A stretch of 64,000 nt of DNA from Candidatus Omnitrophota bacterium (GTDB lineage: Bacteria; Omnitrophota; Gorgyraeia; Gygaellales; Profunditerraquicolaceae). The notes beneath the pieces were generated by a model that was not told where the DNA came from, ran no database searches, and saw only the letters and a program-made list of their open reading frames with translations. Within the stretch, counting starts at the first letter, position 1. Each line of letters starts with the position of its first letter. The stretch covers positions 5,165-69,164 of the forward strand of contig JBAZJY010000001.1 in the NCBI GenBank assembly GCA_041651115.1. Reading direction: 5' to 3'. The position numbers and the translations under genes were made by a program. Of this stretch, positions 9,423 to 18,780 are shown piece after piece.

Positions 9423-10834
9423 ACCAGAAGCAGGCAGCAGCAAAAAAGGGCGCTTCAAAATCCCGCGACGCCGAATTATTGAAGCTGGAAGCGGAATATT
9501 GTTCCTGGGGCGATACCGTGCATTACGCGGAAAAGCTCAATATCTTTGACCGCTCTGAAGGCATATATCTTTACGACCGCGAAGGCACGCAGTTCCTTGA
9601 CCTGCAGATGTGGTATTCCGCGGCAAATTTCGGCTATAAGAATGAACGGCTCGATAATGCCCTGAAGAGGCAGATTGATAAGTTACCGCAGTTGGCCTGC
9701 CAGTACCTGCATGAAGAAAAGATCATGCTGGCAACCAAGCTCTCCCAGAGGGTCGGCAGGATTTTTGAAGAAAAGGGCAGGGTGCATTTTAATGTCGGCG
9801 GTTCGGCGGCAATAGAAGACTCCTTAAAGCTTGTGCGCAGCTATTCCGGCAGGAACCTGGTATTCGCGTTCATGGGCGGCTACCACGGCAGGACATTAGG
9901 CGCTTCGGCAATTACCTCCAGTTACAGGTACAGGGAAAAATTCGGGCATTTTGCCGACCGGGCCCTGTTCATACCGTATCCTTACTGTTTCCGCTGCCCC
10001 TATGAAAAAAAACGCGATTTCTGCGACTTGTATTGCCTGCGGCAATTCGAGCGGTTGTTTGAGACTGAATATCATTCGGTGCTGAATATCAAGACCGGCA
10101 AGTGTGAATTCGGGGCATTTTACATTGAACCTGTGCAGGGCACCGGCGGTTATATCGTGCCTCCCGTGGAATATTTTACCGGCCTGAAAGAGATCCTTGA
10201 GCGGTATAATATATTGCTTGTCGATGATGAAGTCCAGATGGGATTCTTTAGGACAGGGAAATTCTGGGCGATTGAACACTTTAACGTTGTCCCCGATGTC
10301 GTAGTTTTTGGTAAGGCGCTGACAAACGGCCTTAATCCGCTTTCCGGGATCTGGGCTAAAGAAAAATTGATCTCGCCGCAGGCATTTCCGCCCGGCTCAA
10401 CCCATTCAACCTTTTCTTCAAATACGCTGGGCACAGCGGTAGGCCTGGAAACGGTAAAATTGATCGAAGAGTCTAATTTCAGCGTTGATGTACCTAAAAA
10501 AGGCGAATATTTCATATCCCGGATGCGCAAGCTTACTAAAAAATATCCCCAGGTCGGCCATGTCGGCGGATTAGGCCTGGCAATACGCGTTGAAATTTGC
10601 CAGAAAGACGGCTTTACCCCGAACAAAGAATTGACTGACGCGATAACCAATATCGGCCTTTCCGGAAATTTAGACGTCGGAGATAAGAAGATGGGGCTTA
10701 TATTGGATGTCGGCGGCTATTATAAGAACGTCTTTACAATAGCTCCGTCGTTGTATATTACGGAAGAAGAAATTGACCTTGCGGTAGACCTTTTTGAGGA
10801 AGCGCTAAAAAAAGGCATTGCCAAGGTTTCTTAA
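9419..10834 (+). CDS. Class-III PLP-dependent aminotransferase; substrate unknown.
   Basis: ATGA start/stop overlap with the upstream gene. Class-III pattern YLYDREGTQFLDLQ...AANFGY, GGSAAIEDSLK, FYIEPVQGTGG, LLVDDEVQMGFFRTGKFWA, and FGKAL carrying the PLP Lys. Confidence 0.8.
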   Translation: MNQKQAAAKKGASKSRDAELLKLEAEYCSWGDTVHYAEKLNIFDRSEGIYLYDREGTQFLDLQMWYSAANFGYKNERLDNALKRQIDKLPQLACQYLHEEKIMLATKLSQRVGRIFEEKGRVHFNVGGSAAIEDSLKLVRSYSGRNLVFAFMGGYHGRTLGASAITSSYRYREKFGHFADRALFIPYPYCFRCPYEKKRDFCDLYCLRQFERLFETEYHSVLNIKTGKCEFGAFYIEPVQGTGGYIVPPVEYFTGLKEILERYNILLVDDEVQMGFFRTGKFWAIEHFNVVPDVVVFGKALTNGLNPLSGIWAKEKLISPQAFPPGSTHSTFSSNTLGTAVGLETVKLIEESNFSVDVPKKGEYFISRMRKLTKKYPQVGHVGGLGLAIRVEICQKDGFTPNKELTDAITNIGLSGNLDVGDKKMGLILDVGGYYKNVFTIAPSLYITEEEIDLAVDLFEEALKKGIAKVS

Positions 10835-10849
10835 CAAAGGAGGTACGAT

Positions 10850-11182
10850 ATGGGGCCTATGGGTCTGATGTTCATGCTAAAAACTATGGGGCTGGCGGCG
10901 TTTATTTCTACCGTATTGCTGTTGGCGGTAAGTTTCTTTGTGTTGGTTACGGCGCGTAAGGCTGAAGAGCAGTGGCTTAAGGTGTTTGGATATGTAGTGG
11001 CGATCTTACTATGGATTTCTGCGGCGATCGTATTTTCCGGCGTAATGTCCGCTATGGCTTCAAAAAAATGCCCGCGTTCTCCGATGAAAATGCAGGGGAT
11101 GATGAAAGACCGTAAGTTTATGAAGATGAGAGAAAAAATGCCGGAAGCTCCTATGCCGGCGCAACCCGAACCTGGGGAATAA
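10850..11182 (+). CDS. Small membrane protein with a Met-rich C-terminal tail.
   Basis: AAGGAGG RBS. Two predicted TM helices, then MKMQGMMKDRKFMKMREKMPEAPMP. Translationally coupled to the next gene. Confidence 0.55.
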   Translation: MGPMGLMFMLKTMGLAAFISTVLLLAVSFFVLVTARKAEEQWLKVFGYVVAILLWISAAIVFSGVMSAMASKKCPRSPMKMQGMMKDRKFMKMREKMPEAPMPAQPEPGE

Positions 11183-11454
11183 TGGACTGGAAAATATTTT
11201 TTGCGACTTTCGGAGCGATATTTTTCGCTGAACTGGCGGATAAAACTCAACTCGTGGGTATCGGGATGTCTGCGAAGACAGGCAAGGCTGTTAATGTCTG
11301 GATGGGTTCAGTGGCAGCCTATATGGTGGTAACCGCTATTTCAGTCATTATCGGCTTAATTGCCGGTAGCTTCCTTAAGCCGGAATTGATCAAGATCTGC
11401 GGCGGAACGCTGTTTATCGTAATGGGCATCTTAATGCTCGCAGGTAAGCTTTAA
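11182..11454 (+). CDS. Single-repeat UPF0016 (Gdt1/TMEM165/MneA-like) cation transporter half-protein.
   Basis: 90 aa with 3 TM helices. ELADKTQL matches the family E-x-G-D-(K/R)-(T/S) motif with A in place of G. Confidence 0.45.
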   Translation: MDWKIFFATFGAIFFAELADKTQLVGIGMSAKTGKAVNVWMGSVAAYMVVTAISVIIGLIAGSFLKPELIKICGGTLFIVMGILMLAGKL

Positions 11455-11456
11455 TA

Positions 11457-11522
11457 AATAGGGACAGAGACTACTTTTTTACGAAAGATAACTAAGAAAA
11501 AGTAGTCTCTGTCCCTATTTAT
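11457..11522. terminator. Bidirectional rho-independent terminator between convergent genes.
   Basis: Near-perfect 24-bp inverted repeat aaatagggacagagactacttttt / aaaaagtagtctctgtccctattt with A/T runs on both sides. It overlaps the stop of the minus-strand gene. Confidence 0.85.
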
Positions 11523-14275
11523 TTTAGGATTATTTCAATGCGGTTTAAAGGTTTGTTGGCGAGCCGGAGAAAATCCCTGCGCCGGATCACATAGCGTCCG
11601 GCGTTCAATCCTGCTGCAATAGTTTTTCCGTTAAAGCGGATGTTTTGGATCAAATGCTTTCCGCAATCTTTTTTCCCACGGTTTATGAATATCGCTTCAA
11701 TCTTTCTCGCGCAAAAATTTGTGGTTATGCCGGCAATGCCCTTTGCGCTGAATTGCGCCCTAGCCAATTTCGGCTCGATCAATAAGTCTCCGTATTCTCC
11801 CCGCAACCCAAAGGCCTGCGTAACCATTGTCAGGATAAACCAGCTGGCTGATCCGGTAAGATAACTGTACATGCCTCTGCCCTGGCTGTTGAAATATTCC
11901 GGCAAGCAGGGATAGATCTTGCTCTGCCGGGAATTTACTGCCATACGGTATATTGAATCCATAACTACGTATGCTTCGTTACTAAAGCCTCTTTTATACA
12001 GCGCGTAAGCGAACATCACGCACATATGGTTAAAGAACGCGCCGTTCTCCTTCTCTCCGTAAGCAAAAGAAAACGCCCTGCCCAAAGCATACTGCTCATC
12101 TTTAAAATCCGTATTCAGGCGGAATCCGCCGAGCTGTTTATGCTGAAGGTATTTACGGCAGCTCTTGAATAACGTTTTAACCTGTCCTGCCGCGGCAATG
12201 CCGCTCATCACTGCAAAAACCTGCCCGGTCAAGGTCATGCGCAGTCGCCCGCCCGTCGTTCCTTCTACCCGGCGTTTGTTGTTATCGTAATAGCCGTTGA
12301 AAAATCCTTCTTTCAGCCATTCGGTTTTTCTGATGTGGCTGGAGATCCAATCCGCTTTTCTCTTTAAGTCGTTCACCAGCTTGTCTGCGGGGACATTGAT
12401 CAATTTTCCGCTGACTTCTGTTTTAACGGCGCTAAAATATTTTTCAAGGAGAGAAAGCTTTTGTTTAATACTGGAATAATCAATGGGCTTGCGGCTTGTT
12501 GAATCAAGCAGGATGGCGATTTCTTTAAGCAGGGGAATATTCTTCAGCCCCGTTTTTTCTATTATTTCGCATAAGCTGTTCAAGTTTTGCGCGTACATCG
12601 CGCTGAAGGCCACGCTTTCGCCGTTTTCGCTTGCCATATCCAGGCCGTCGTTCCAGTCCGCGCCTTCCAGCCTGATGTGGTTATGCGGCCCGACGTTAAA
12701 AAACTGTACGAGGTTTTGCGCAAGGATATGTTCAAGCACTGTGCCGGAATAAATTTTTCCGGATTTAGTTTTCAGCTGTTTGCCGTAGTTTTCCGACCAC
12801 GCGGGGTCTTTTTCCCTGCCGCGGCTAAGCTGGCAATCACGGAAATAAGCGATTTTTTCAAAAAGAACTTTCAGGTCCGATGTTTGGTGGACGTATAAAA
12901 GCGTGGTGATCAGCGGCCAAACGCCGTGGTCCATCCATACGCGGGGGATATTATTGCGGTCGGCAATAAATTCTCCGGGTTTTGCGCCGATGATCGTGGC
13001 ATTAGAGCCGTCAATCCTGACGCCCCGGAAATTATTGATTAAAAGCGGCCGCACTTCTTTGGGGTCATGCAAAATAAGAGAAAGGCAATCCTGCCATAAG
13101 TCCCGCCAGCCCCTGCCGCCTTTGCCGTAATCAAAATCCGGCAGGAAAGAGCAGCCGTATATCTTGCGTAGCGTCGGCTGCGTATTTACCCAGCGGAACC
13201 AGTTGTTAAAATCAGCGTCGGAAAAAGCAATTGAATTGCTGCTGCTGATCTTTTGCCAATAAGCCTTGGTTTTATTCAAGGCAGCAATAGCCTTTTGCTC
13301 TGAATTGAATTTTTTAAATATTGTAAGCGCGCTGTTTTTTCCTTCGGTTATGCCCATGACAATGATATAGGAGCAGGTTTGGCCGGGCTTGAGCAGTTTA
13401 GTTTTAAACCTTAGCCCTGCCATCGGCTCTTTGCCTTGCGGATTAAGGTTTTTATCCGGGAGGAGATTTTTAAATACGGCGGCCGGCGCTTCCAGGTCAG
13501 AGCCTTCTCCGCAGAATTCTTCTTGCGTGGGATAAATATATTGCGGCGCAAGAGACCTGTCTTCCGCGCCGAAGACAAAATAAGAAGCCGCATTCTTCTT
13601 ATGGCCAGATTCGTCAAACAGCAGGGTGGGGGTTACGATTACGCCATTCTTAGCGATCGCTACCCGGCTTAAGAGCGAAGTTACGTGGCGGTGGTCATGC
13701 AAGTTGGCAGCTGACCTGCCGTAAATAGGGACTGCCGCCGTCGGCGTAAAAGTGATTTTTTTAGAAGAGGTGTTCGTTATTTTAACGAGCATGATTTCAA
13801 CCGGCTCTGCGCCTGACGGCACAAAAGAAGTGATCTGCGCCCTTAGCCCGGTTTGTTTGTTTTCCCGGGTAACTGCCTGCCAGAGCAGGCCTGCTTCCAA
13901 TTGGAAGTTATCACGTTCTAATGCGGCATTATCTTTTGACACGCCGCCGGCTGACCAGACTTTTTCGGGGCTTATGTATATCCAGAAATTGCGGCTGGAC
14001 CTTAAATTGCCCAGCCTTGCGCGTGAAGCAGGTTCCAGCAGGAAAGAATTAAAATTGACTTTTATGTCTCCGTGCAGGTCAGGGGTGATGGATGACATGA
14101 ATGGCAGGCTGTTGCAGAGGGGAAAGTAGAGGGTATTGATATCGCGGGCGTTTTCCGAGATAAATGACCCGTCGTTATCGGTAAAATTCCAAAGCGGCTT
14201 ATCCATAGGCTCTAAATTTATCACAGCCGTCTGCCTTTTGCAAGCCTTTTTCACCCATTGCCCGAAACGCTGCAC
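11519..14275 (-). CDS. GH94-family (cellobiose/chitobiose phosphorylase-like) glycoside phosphorylase.
   Basis: 918 aa. The conserved catalytic-acid region GADWNDGLDM matches the GH94 DWND motif, and the N-terminal region resembles a GH94 N-terminal beta-sandwich. Confidence 0.55.
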   Translation of the reverse strand: MQRFGQWVKKACKRQTAVINLEPMDKPLWNFTDNDGSFISENARDINTLYFPLCNSLPFMSSITPDLHGDIKVNFNSFLLEPASRARLGNLRSSRNFWIYISPEKVWSAGGVSKDNAALERDNFQLEAGLLWQAVTRENKQTGLRAQITSFVPSGAEPVEIMLVKITNTSSKKITFTPTAAVPIYGRSAANLHDHRHVTSLLSRVAIAKNGVIVTPTLLFDESGHKKNAASYFVFGAEDRSLAPQYIYPTQEEFCGEGSDLEAPAAVFKNLLPDKNLNPQGKEPMAGLRFKTKLLKPGQTCSYIIVMGITEGKNSALTIFKKFNSEQKAIAALNKTKAYWQKISSSNSIAFSDADFNNWFRWVNTQPTLRKIYGCSFLPDFDYGKGGRGWRDLWQDCLSLILHDPKEVRPLLINNFRGVRIDGSNATIIGAKPGEFIADRNNIPRVWMDHGVWPLITTLLYVHQTSDLKVLFEKIAYFRDCQLSRGREKDPAWSENYGKQLKTKSGKIYSGTVLEHILAQNLVQFFNVGPHNHIRLEGADWNDGLDMASENGESVAFSAMYAQNLNSLCEIIEKTGLKNIPLLKEIAILLDSTSRKPIDYSSIKQKLSLLEKYFSAVKTEVSGKLINVPADKLVNDLKRKADWISSHIRKTEWLKEGFFNGYYDNNKRRVEGTTGGRLRMTLTGQVFAVMSGIAAAGQVKTLFKSCRKYLQHKQLGGFRLNTDFKDEQYALGRAFSFAYGEKENGAFFNHMCVMFAYALYKRGFSNEAYVVMDSIYRMAVNSRQSKIYPCLPEYFNSQGRGMYSYLTGSASWFILTMVTQAFGLRGEYGDLLIEPKLARAQFSAKGIAGITTNFCARKIEAIFINRGKKDCGKHLIQNIRFNGKTIAAGLNAGRYVIRRRDFLRLANKPLNRIEIILK

Positions 14276-14284
14276 TTGTTAATT

Positions 14285-14724
14285 GAACCTGCCGGCTCTT
14301 TTCGCGTCGTGTGCCGTTTCCTTACCGTAGGCGGAGGACGCCAAAGGTCTTTCGTGAGCTCGGCGGCTGCGGAACTCGCCCGTCGGCGCTTACGCGCCAG
14401 GACGGGCTCAAACATCCTCGCCGTCCGAACCTTTTCACGTTCGGATTCCCTCGCTCCCGAAAGCTGCTTTGGCTAAACGGCACAAACTCCGCTTAAAGAG
14501 CGTCAGGTTCATTTACGAGCGGAACGCTATGCTTATGCGAAGGGCTTTGTGAGCGCGCATTGCAAACTTTTGCCAATTTCACTTTTAGAGATAGGCCGGC
14601 AAGGGCTTACGGCGAGCGGAAGCCCTAATGTTACGAAAGTATGCTTGAGAGCGAGCCGTAAACCGTAGCCGACGGCAAGATGTTTGCAGCGCGCGAGCAA
14701 AGCCCTGAAGCATAAAGCATAGCG
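14285..14724. repeat. GC-rich structured intergenic repeat: module A (14285-14520) plus a long imperfect hairpin (14525-14724).
   Basis: 14285-14520 is about 75% identical to 59342-59590 (gaacctg..ttcttttcgc..gtgtgccgttt, tctttcg..cggcgg..gaactcgc, cggattccc..gctttggctaaacggc.caaac..cgct.aaaga..c..cag.ttcattta). 14525-14558 pairs with 14689-14724. Local GC exceeds 55%. Confidence 0.7.
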
Positions 14725-14822
14725 ATTCATTAAGTTGGTAAATGAAAAAATACGATTGCCTGGCGGGTTTCTGTGATATAATAATGCATTATTTCCTCAC
14801 GGTTGCTTCCGGTTAACTTATT

Positions 14823-15500
14823 ATGAAGAAAAGGCTTAAGTTCAATTATAAAGCGATAATTTTTGACATGGACGGCGTAATTACCAACACTATGCCGTAT
14901 CATTTTGATGCCTGGCTGAGCGTATTTAAAAGCGCGGGAATTAAGGTAAGCTGTTATGATGTTTACGAGCGGGAAGGCCAGGACGGCTTTACGACGATAA
15001 AAGAGCTTTTCCGCAAGCATAAGATAGCTTTTAGCGTAGATAAAGCAAAGCGCCTGCTGCGGCGTAAAGAAGAGTTATTTAAAAAAACCGTAAAGATAAG
15101 GTTTATCAAGGGCAGCAGGCCGTTTATAAGGAAGCTAAAGAGCCGCGGATTGAGGCTGGGTTTAGTTACCGGCACATCGCGGCATGAGATGGAAAAGATC
15201 CTGCCGCTATCATTGCGCAGGTTTTTTGAGGTGATCGTTACCGGCGATGAAGTCTGGAAAGGAAAGCCGCATCCCGAGCCGTTCTTAAAAGCGGTAAAAG
15301 CGCTGCGGCTGAAGCCGCAAGAGATCATGGTCATTGAGAACGCGCCGTTTGGCATCCGCTCGGCAAAAAATGCCGGCTTGTTTTGCGCCGCGCTTGAGAC
15401 CTCTCTGCCCAAAAAATATCTTTTGGCGGCAGACATAATTTTTAGTTCTTTTAAAGAATTAGGCAAGGCAGTTTTTGAAGAAAGAGAGCAGGCAGGATGA
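14823..15500 (+). CDS. HAD-superfamily hydrolase, beta-phosphoglucomutase-like.
   Basis: IIFDMDGVITNT (motif I), LVTGTSR (motif II) and the ENAPFGIRSAKNAG region (motifs III/IV). Confidence 0.8.
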   Translation: MKKRLKFNYKAIIFDMDGVITNTMPYHFDAWLSVFKSAGIKVSCYDVYEREGQDGFTTIKELFRKHKIAFSVDKAKRLLRRKEELFKKTVKIRFIKGSRPFIRKLKSRGLRLGLVTGTSRHEMEKILPLSLRRFFEVIVTGDEVWKGKPHPEPFLKAVKALRLKPQEIMVIENAPFGIRSAKNAGLFCAALETSLPKKYLLAADIIFSSFKELGKAVFEEREQAG

Positions 15501-18500
15501 TGATGTTACGTAAGCAAGCTATCGCGCCACTGGCAGTATTTTTGATCGGCGCGGTATTTTCTTTGCTTGCGTTTTTTTATGTATATGACCACGAAAGGCA
15601 GCGCCTTGAATATAATTTTATTCAACGCAGCCATGACCGCAGCGAAAGGTTCATACATGAAGTTAATATGCACGTGGAGGTACTTTATTTTTTAAAGGCC
15701 CTCTATGCCGCGAACTCCAGCGTTAACCGCGAACAATTCCATAAATATACCGAAACCATCCTGCTGCATCACCCCGACATCCTTTCTCTAAGCTGGATAC
15801 CCCGCGTTGCCGGCGTGCAGCGCGAAGACTTTGAAGCTGCCGGCCGCAGGGAAGGCTACGCGGATTTTCAGCTTACGCAGCTTGACAAAGATAATAACCT
15901 GGAAGGAGTTTCCGGGCGCCGCGAATATTTCCCCGTTTATTTTGTTGAGCCATTTAACGAGAATAAGATAATTTTCGGTTTTGACCTTGCCTCTGATCCC
16001 AACCGTAAAGCAACGATGGAACGCGCAGCGCTTACAGAATCCGCAGCTGCTACTGCCCGCGTTAAGCTGATAAGGGGATCCGCTAATTTTGGCTGCCGCC
16101 TGTTCTTGCCGGTATATTTTAATTTCTCGGAACATAATACTCCCCAAGACCGCATTAATGATATCCGCGGGTTCGTTTCCGTATTGTTTGATATCGGCAG
16201 GTTAATGGATGAATCTTTTACCGGCTTAAGCCCGGCAGGCATTGATGCCTATCTGTTTGATTCAACCGACGCGGGCAAGGCCGCAGAATTCCTTTATTTT
16301 CATCCTTCGCGCATGCGCACAGCTCCCATCAGCCTTGAGTCGGCACAAGCAGCGTCAAAGGGCCTGCCGCAATGGAGCGCGGAATTCGGCGTTGCCGGGC
16401 GCAGGTGGCGCCTTGTCTGCCGGCCGTTGCCTGAATTATTCGCCCCCGGTAAATTCCGGCAGGCGTGGCTGGTCTTTGCGGCATGTATGGCCCTGGCGTT
16501 CCTTTTATATTTCTATGTCCGTGAACTTATCGGCCGTTCCGCCAAGGTCAACGCGCTGGTTGAGCAGCGCGCCGCAGCGCTTAAAGAAAGCGAAGAGAAA
16601 TATAAGACCCTCGTGGAAAATGCCAACAGCATAATCATGCGTATGGACAGCGCAGGCAAGATAACTTTCTTTAACGAATTCGCGCAGGAATTTTTTGGCT
16701 ACAGCCGGGATGAGGTCATCGGCAAAAACGTCGTCGGCACGATCGTCCCGGAAAACAGCGCCGAGGGAAACAGTTTAGCTACGATGGTCCGGGATATCAC
16801 CGCGCAGCCGGAAAAATACATCAACAATGAGAATGAGAACATGCGCCGCAGCGGAGAGCGGGTGTGGATCGCCTGGACGAATAAAGCGGATTACGATAGG
16901 AACGGCAGGATTTCCGGCGTATTGTGTATCGGCAACGATATTACCAGGATTAAAGAAGCGCAGCAGGCATTAAAGCAGGAAAAAGAAATGGCGGAGCTGC
17001 TTTATAAGATCGTGCCGAGCGCGATCTTTACCGTTGATAAAGAATGCCGCGTTACCAGTTGGAATAATAAGGCCGCGGAATTGACCGGCTATACTGCCGA
17101 AGAGATCATGGGAAAGCCGTGTTCGGTCTTCAGTGACCTGCCGTGTAAAGATGAATGCGTATTCGTGCCGTTTGCCGTTACCGGCCCGGTAACCAGCAGG
17201 GAATGCACCATCGTCAGAAAAGACGGCGCGGTGCGCGCGATATTGAAGAATATTGACGTGATTAAAGATAAAGACGGGAAGATAACCGGCGCGATTGAGA
17301 GCTTTGAAGATATCACTGAGCGCAAGGGCACGGAAGAAGAACTGCGTAAGCGGCTGCGGGCGATCGAGCAGAGCCCAAGCGTAGTAGTGATCACCGACAT
17401 AAAAGGCAATATAGAATACGTTAACCCGAAATTCACCCAGCTTACAGGTTATGCCCCGGCAGACGTGATCGGCAGCAACGTGCGGATATTAAAATCCGGA
17501 AAAATGCCGTCCGATAACTACAGCCAGCTCTGGAACACCCTGCTTGGGGGAAAAGAATGGCGGGGAGAACTGCTTAACCGCAAGAAAGACGGGGAACTTT
17601 ACTGGGAGTCCGCTTCAATATCGGCGATCAAGAGCCCCGAGGGCCAGGTTGAGCATTACCTGAAAGTCAGCGAAGATATCACCGAGCGCAAACACATTGA
17701 AGAACAGCTTAACCGCGCTTACCAGATGACCTGGGATATCCTGGCCAATGCGCCGTTCGGCATATACCTGGTAAACAGCGAAGGAAACGTTGATTTTGTC
17801 AACCCGGCGATGCTGGCAATTTCCGGCGCGACATACGAGCAGTTCCGCCGCTTAAACGTATTAGACCTGCCGACATACAGGCAGATCGGCATTGATGAAA
17901 AGATCAGGGGGTGCCTGAAAGGCGAGCGGTTCTTAATGGAAGCCGTGGAATATACTTCTTATCTTTCTCATCGCATCAGCGTCAGGAACTTTATCGGTAT
18001 CCCGCTTGTAGAGTCCAACCAGCGCAAGGCGCTGATCATCGTTGAAGATATCAGCGAGCGCAAACGGCTGGAAAAGCTTAAAGACGAATTCGTCAGCAAC
18101 GTTTCCCATGAATTGAGAACCCCGCTTTCCATAATTAAGGAAGGTATCAGCCTTGTCTTAGACGGGATTCTGGGCGAGGTAAACCCCAGGCAGGACAATG
18201 TGCTGATCACCGCCAAAGACAATATTGATCGGCTCTCCCGCATCATTGACGAGCTGCTTGATATATCCAAGATTGAATCCGGCAAGCTTCAGCTTAAGCG
18301 CTCAAGGATCAATCTCGTAGATTTAATAAAAAGGACAGCCGCGGGTTTTGAGATTAAAATCAAAGAAAAGCGGCTGGACCTGCGGATGAATTTTTCCGGG
18401 GAAGAGATCTTTGTCTATGCCGACGTAGATAAGATTACCGAAGTATTTATTAACCTGCTGGGCAACGCCGTAAAATTTACCGAGCGGGGCTATATTGAGA

Positions 18501-18769
18501 TTTCCGTCCAGGACAGGAAAGACGACGTGGAGTGTTATGTTAAAGATTCCGGGATGGGCATTGCGGAAGAGAACCTTCCGAAATTATTTGATAAATTTCA
18601 GCAATTCAGCAGGGTCAGCGGCCCGGGCGAAAGAGGTACCGGCCTGGGGCTGTCGATCGTTAAAGGCCTTATAAAGATGCACGGTGGAACGATCAGGGCA
18701 GAGAGCAGGGTGGCCGAAGGGACAAAATTTATTTTCACCCTGCCTAAGTCCGAAGAGATCGTTCTATAG
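15497..18769 (+). CDS. Membrane sensor histidine kinase: periplasmic CHASE domain, multiple PAS domains, HisKA and HATPase_c.
   Basis: N-terminal TM helix, CHASE-like block (…HPDILSLSWIPRV…FGFDLASDP…), a second TM helix, at least 4 PAS repeats, H-box VSHELRTPLSII, G-box GTGLGLSIVKGLIKMHGG. Confidence 0.9.
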   Translation: MMMLRKQAIAPLAVFLIGAVFSLLAFFYVYDHERQRLEYNFIQRSHDRSERFIHEVNMHVEVLYFLKALYAANSSVNREQFHKYTETILLHHPDILSLSWIPRVAGVQREDFEAAGRREGYADFQLTQLDKDNNLEGVSGRREYFPVYFVEPFNENKIIFGFDLASDPNRKATMERAALTESAAATARVKLIRGSANFGCRLFLPVYFNFSEHNTPQDRINDIRGFVSVLFDIGRLMDESFTGLSPAGIDAYLFDSTDAGKAAEFLYFHPSRMRTAPISLESAQAASKGLPQWSAEFGVAGRRWRLVCRPLPELFAPGKFRQAWLVFAACMALAFLLYFYVRELIGRSAKVNALVEQRAAALKESEEKYKTLVENANSIIMRMDSAGKITFFNEFAQEFFGYSRDEVIGKNVVGTIVPENSAEGNSLATMVRDITAQPEKYINNENENMRRSGERVWIAWTNKADYDRNGRISGVLCIGNDITRIKEAQQALKQEKEMAELLYKIVPSAIFTVDKECRVTSWNNKAAELTGYTAEEIMGKPCSVFSDLPCKDECVFVPFAVTGPVTSRECTIVRKDGAVRAILKNIDVIKDKDGKITGAIESFEDITERKGTEEELRKRLRAIEQSPSVVVITDIKGNIEYVNPKFTQLTGYAPADVIGSNVRILKSGKMPSDNYSQLWNTLLGGKEWRGELLNRKKDGELYWESASISAIKSPEGQVEHYLKVSEDITERKHIEEQLNRAYQMTWDILANAPFGIYLVNSEGNVDFVNPAMLAISGATYEQFRRLNVLDLPTYRQIGIDEKIRGCLKGERFLMEAVEYTSYLSHRISVRNFIGIPLVESNQRKALIIVEDISERKRLEKLKDEFVSNVSHELRTPLSIIKEGISLVLDGILGEVNPRQDNVLITAKDNIDRLSRIIDELLDISKIESGKLQLKRSRINLVDLIKRTAAGFEIKIKEKRLDLRMNFSGEEIFVYADVDKITEVFINLLGNAVKFTERGYIEISVQDRKDDVECYVKDSGMGIAEENLPKLFDKFQQFSRVSGPGERGTGLGLSIVKGLIKMHGGTIRAESRVAEGTKFIFTLPKSEEIVL

Positions 18770-18780
18770 AAGGAGGAGAG

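Noticed and set aside
14258-14730. ORFs of 61-72 aa (14258-14476 +, 14311-14496 +, 14533-14730 -) inside the 14.3-14.7 kb intergenic region.
   Set aside because: They lie within the GC-rich repeat/hairpin element. GC-rich sequence gives stop-free frames by chance, and there is no RBS or recognisable protein signature.
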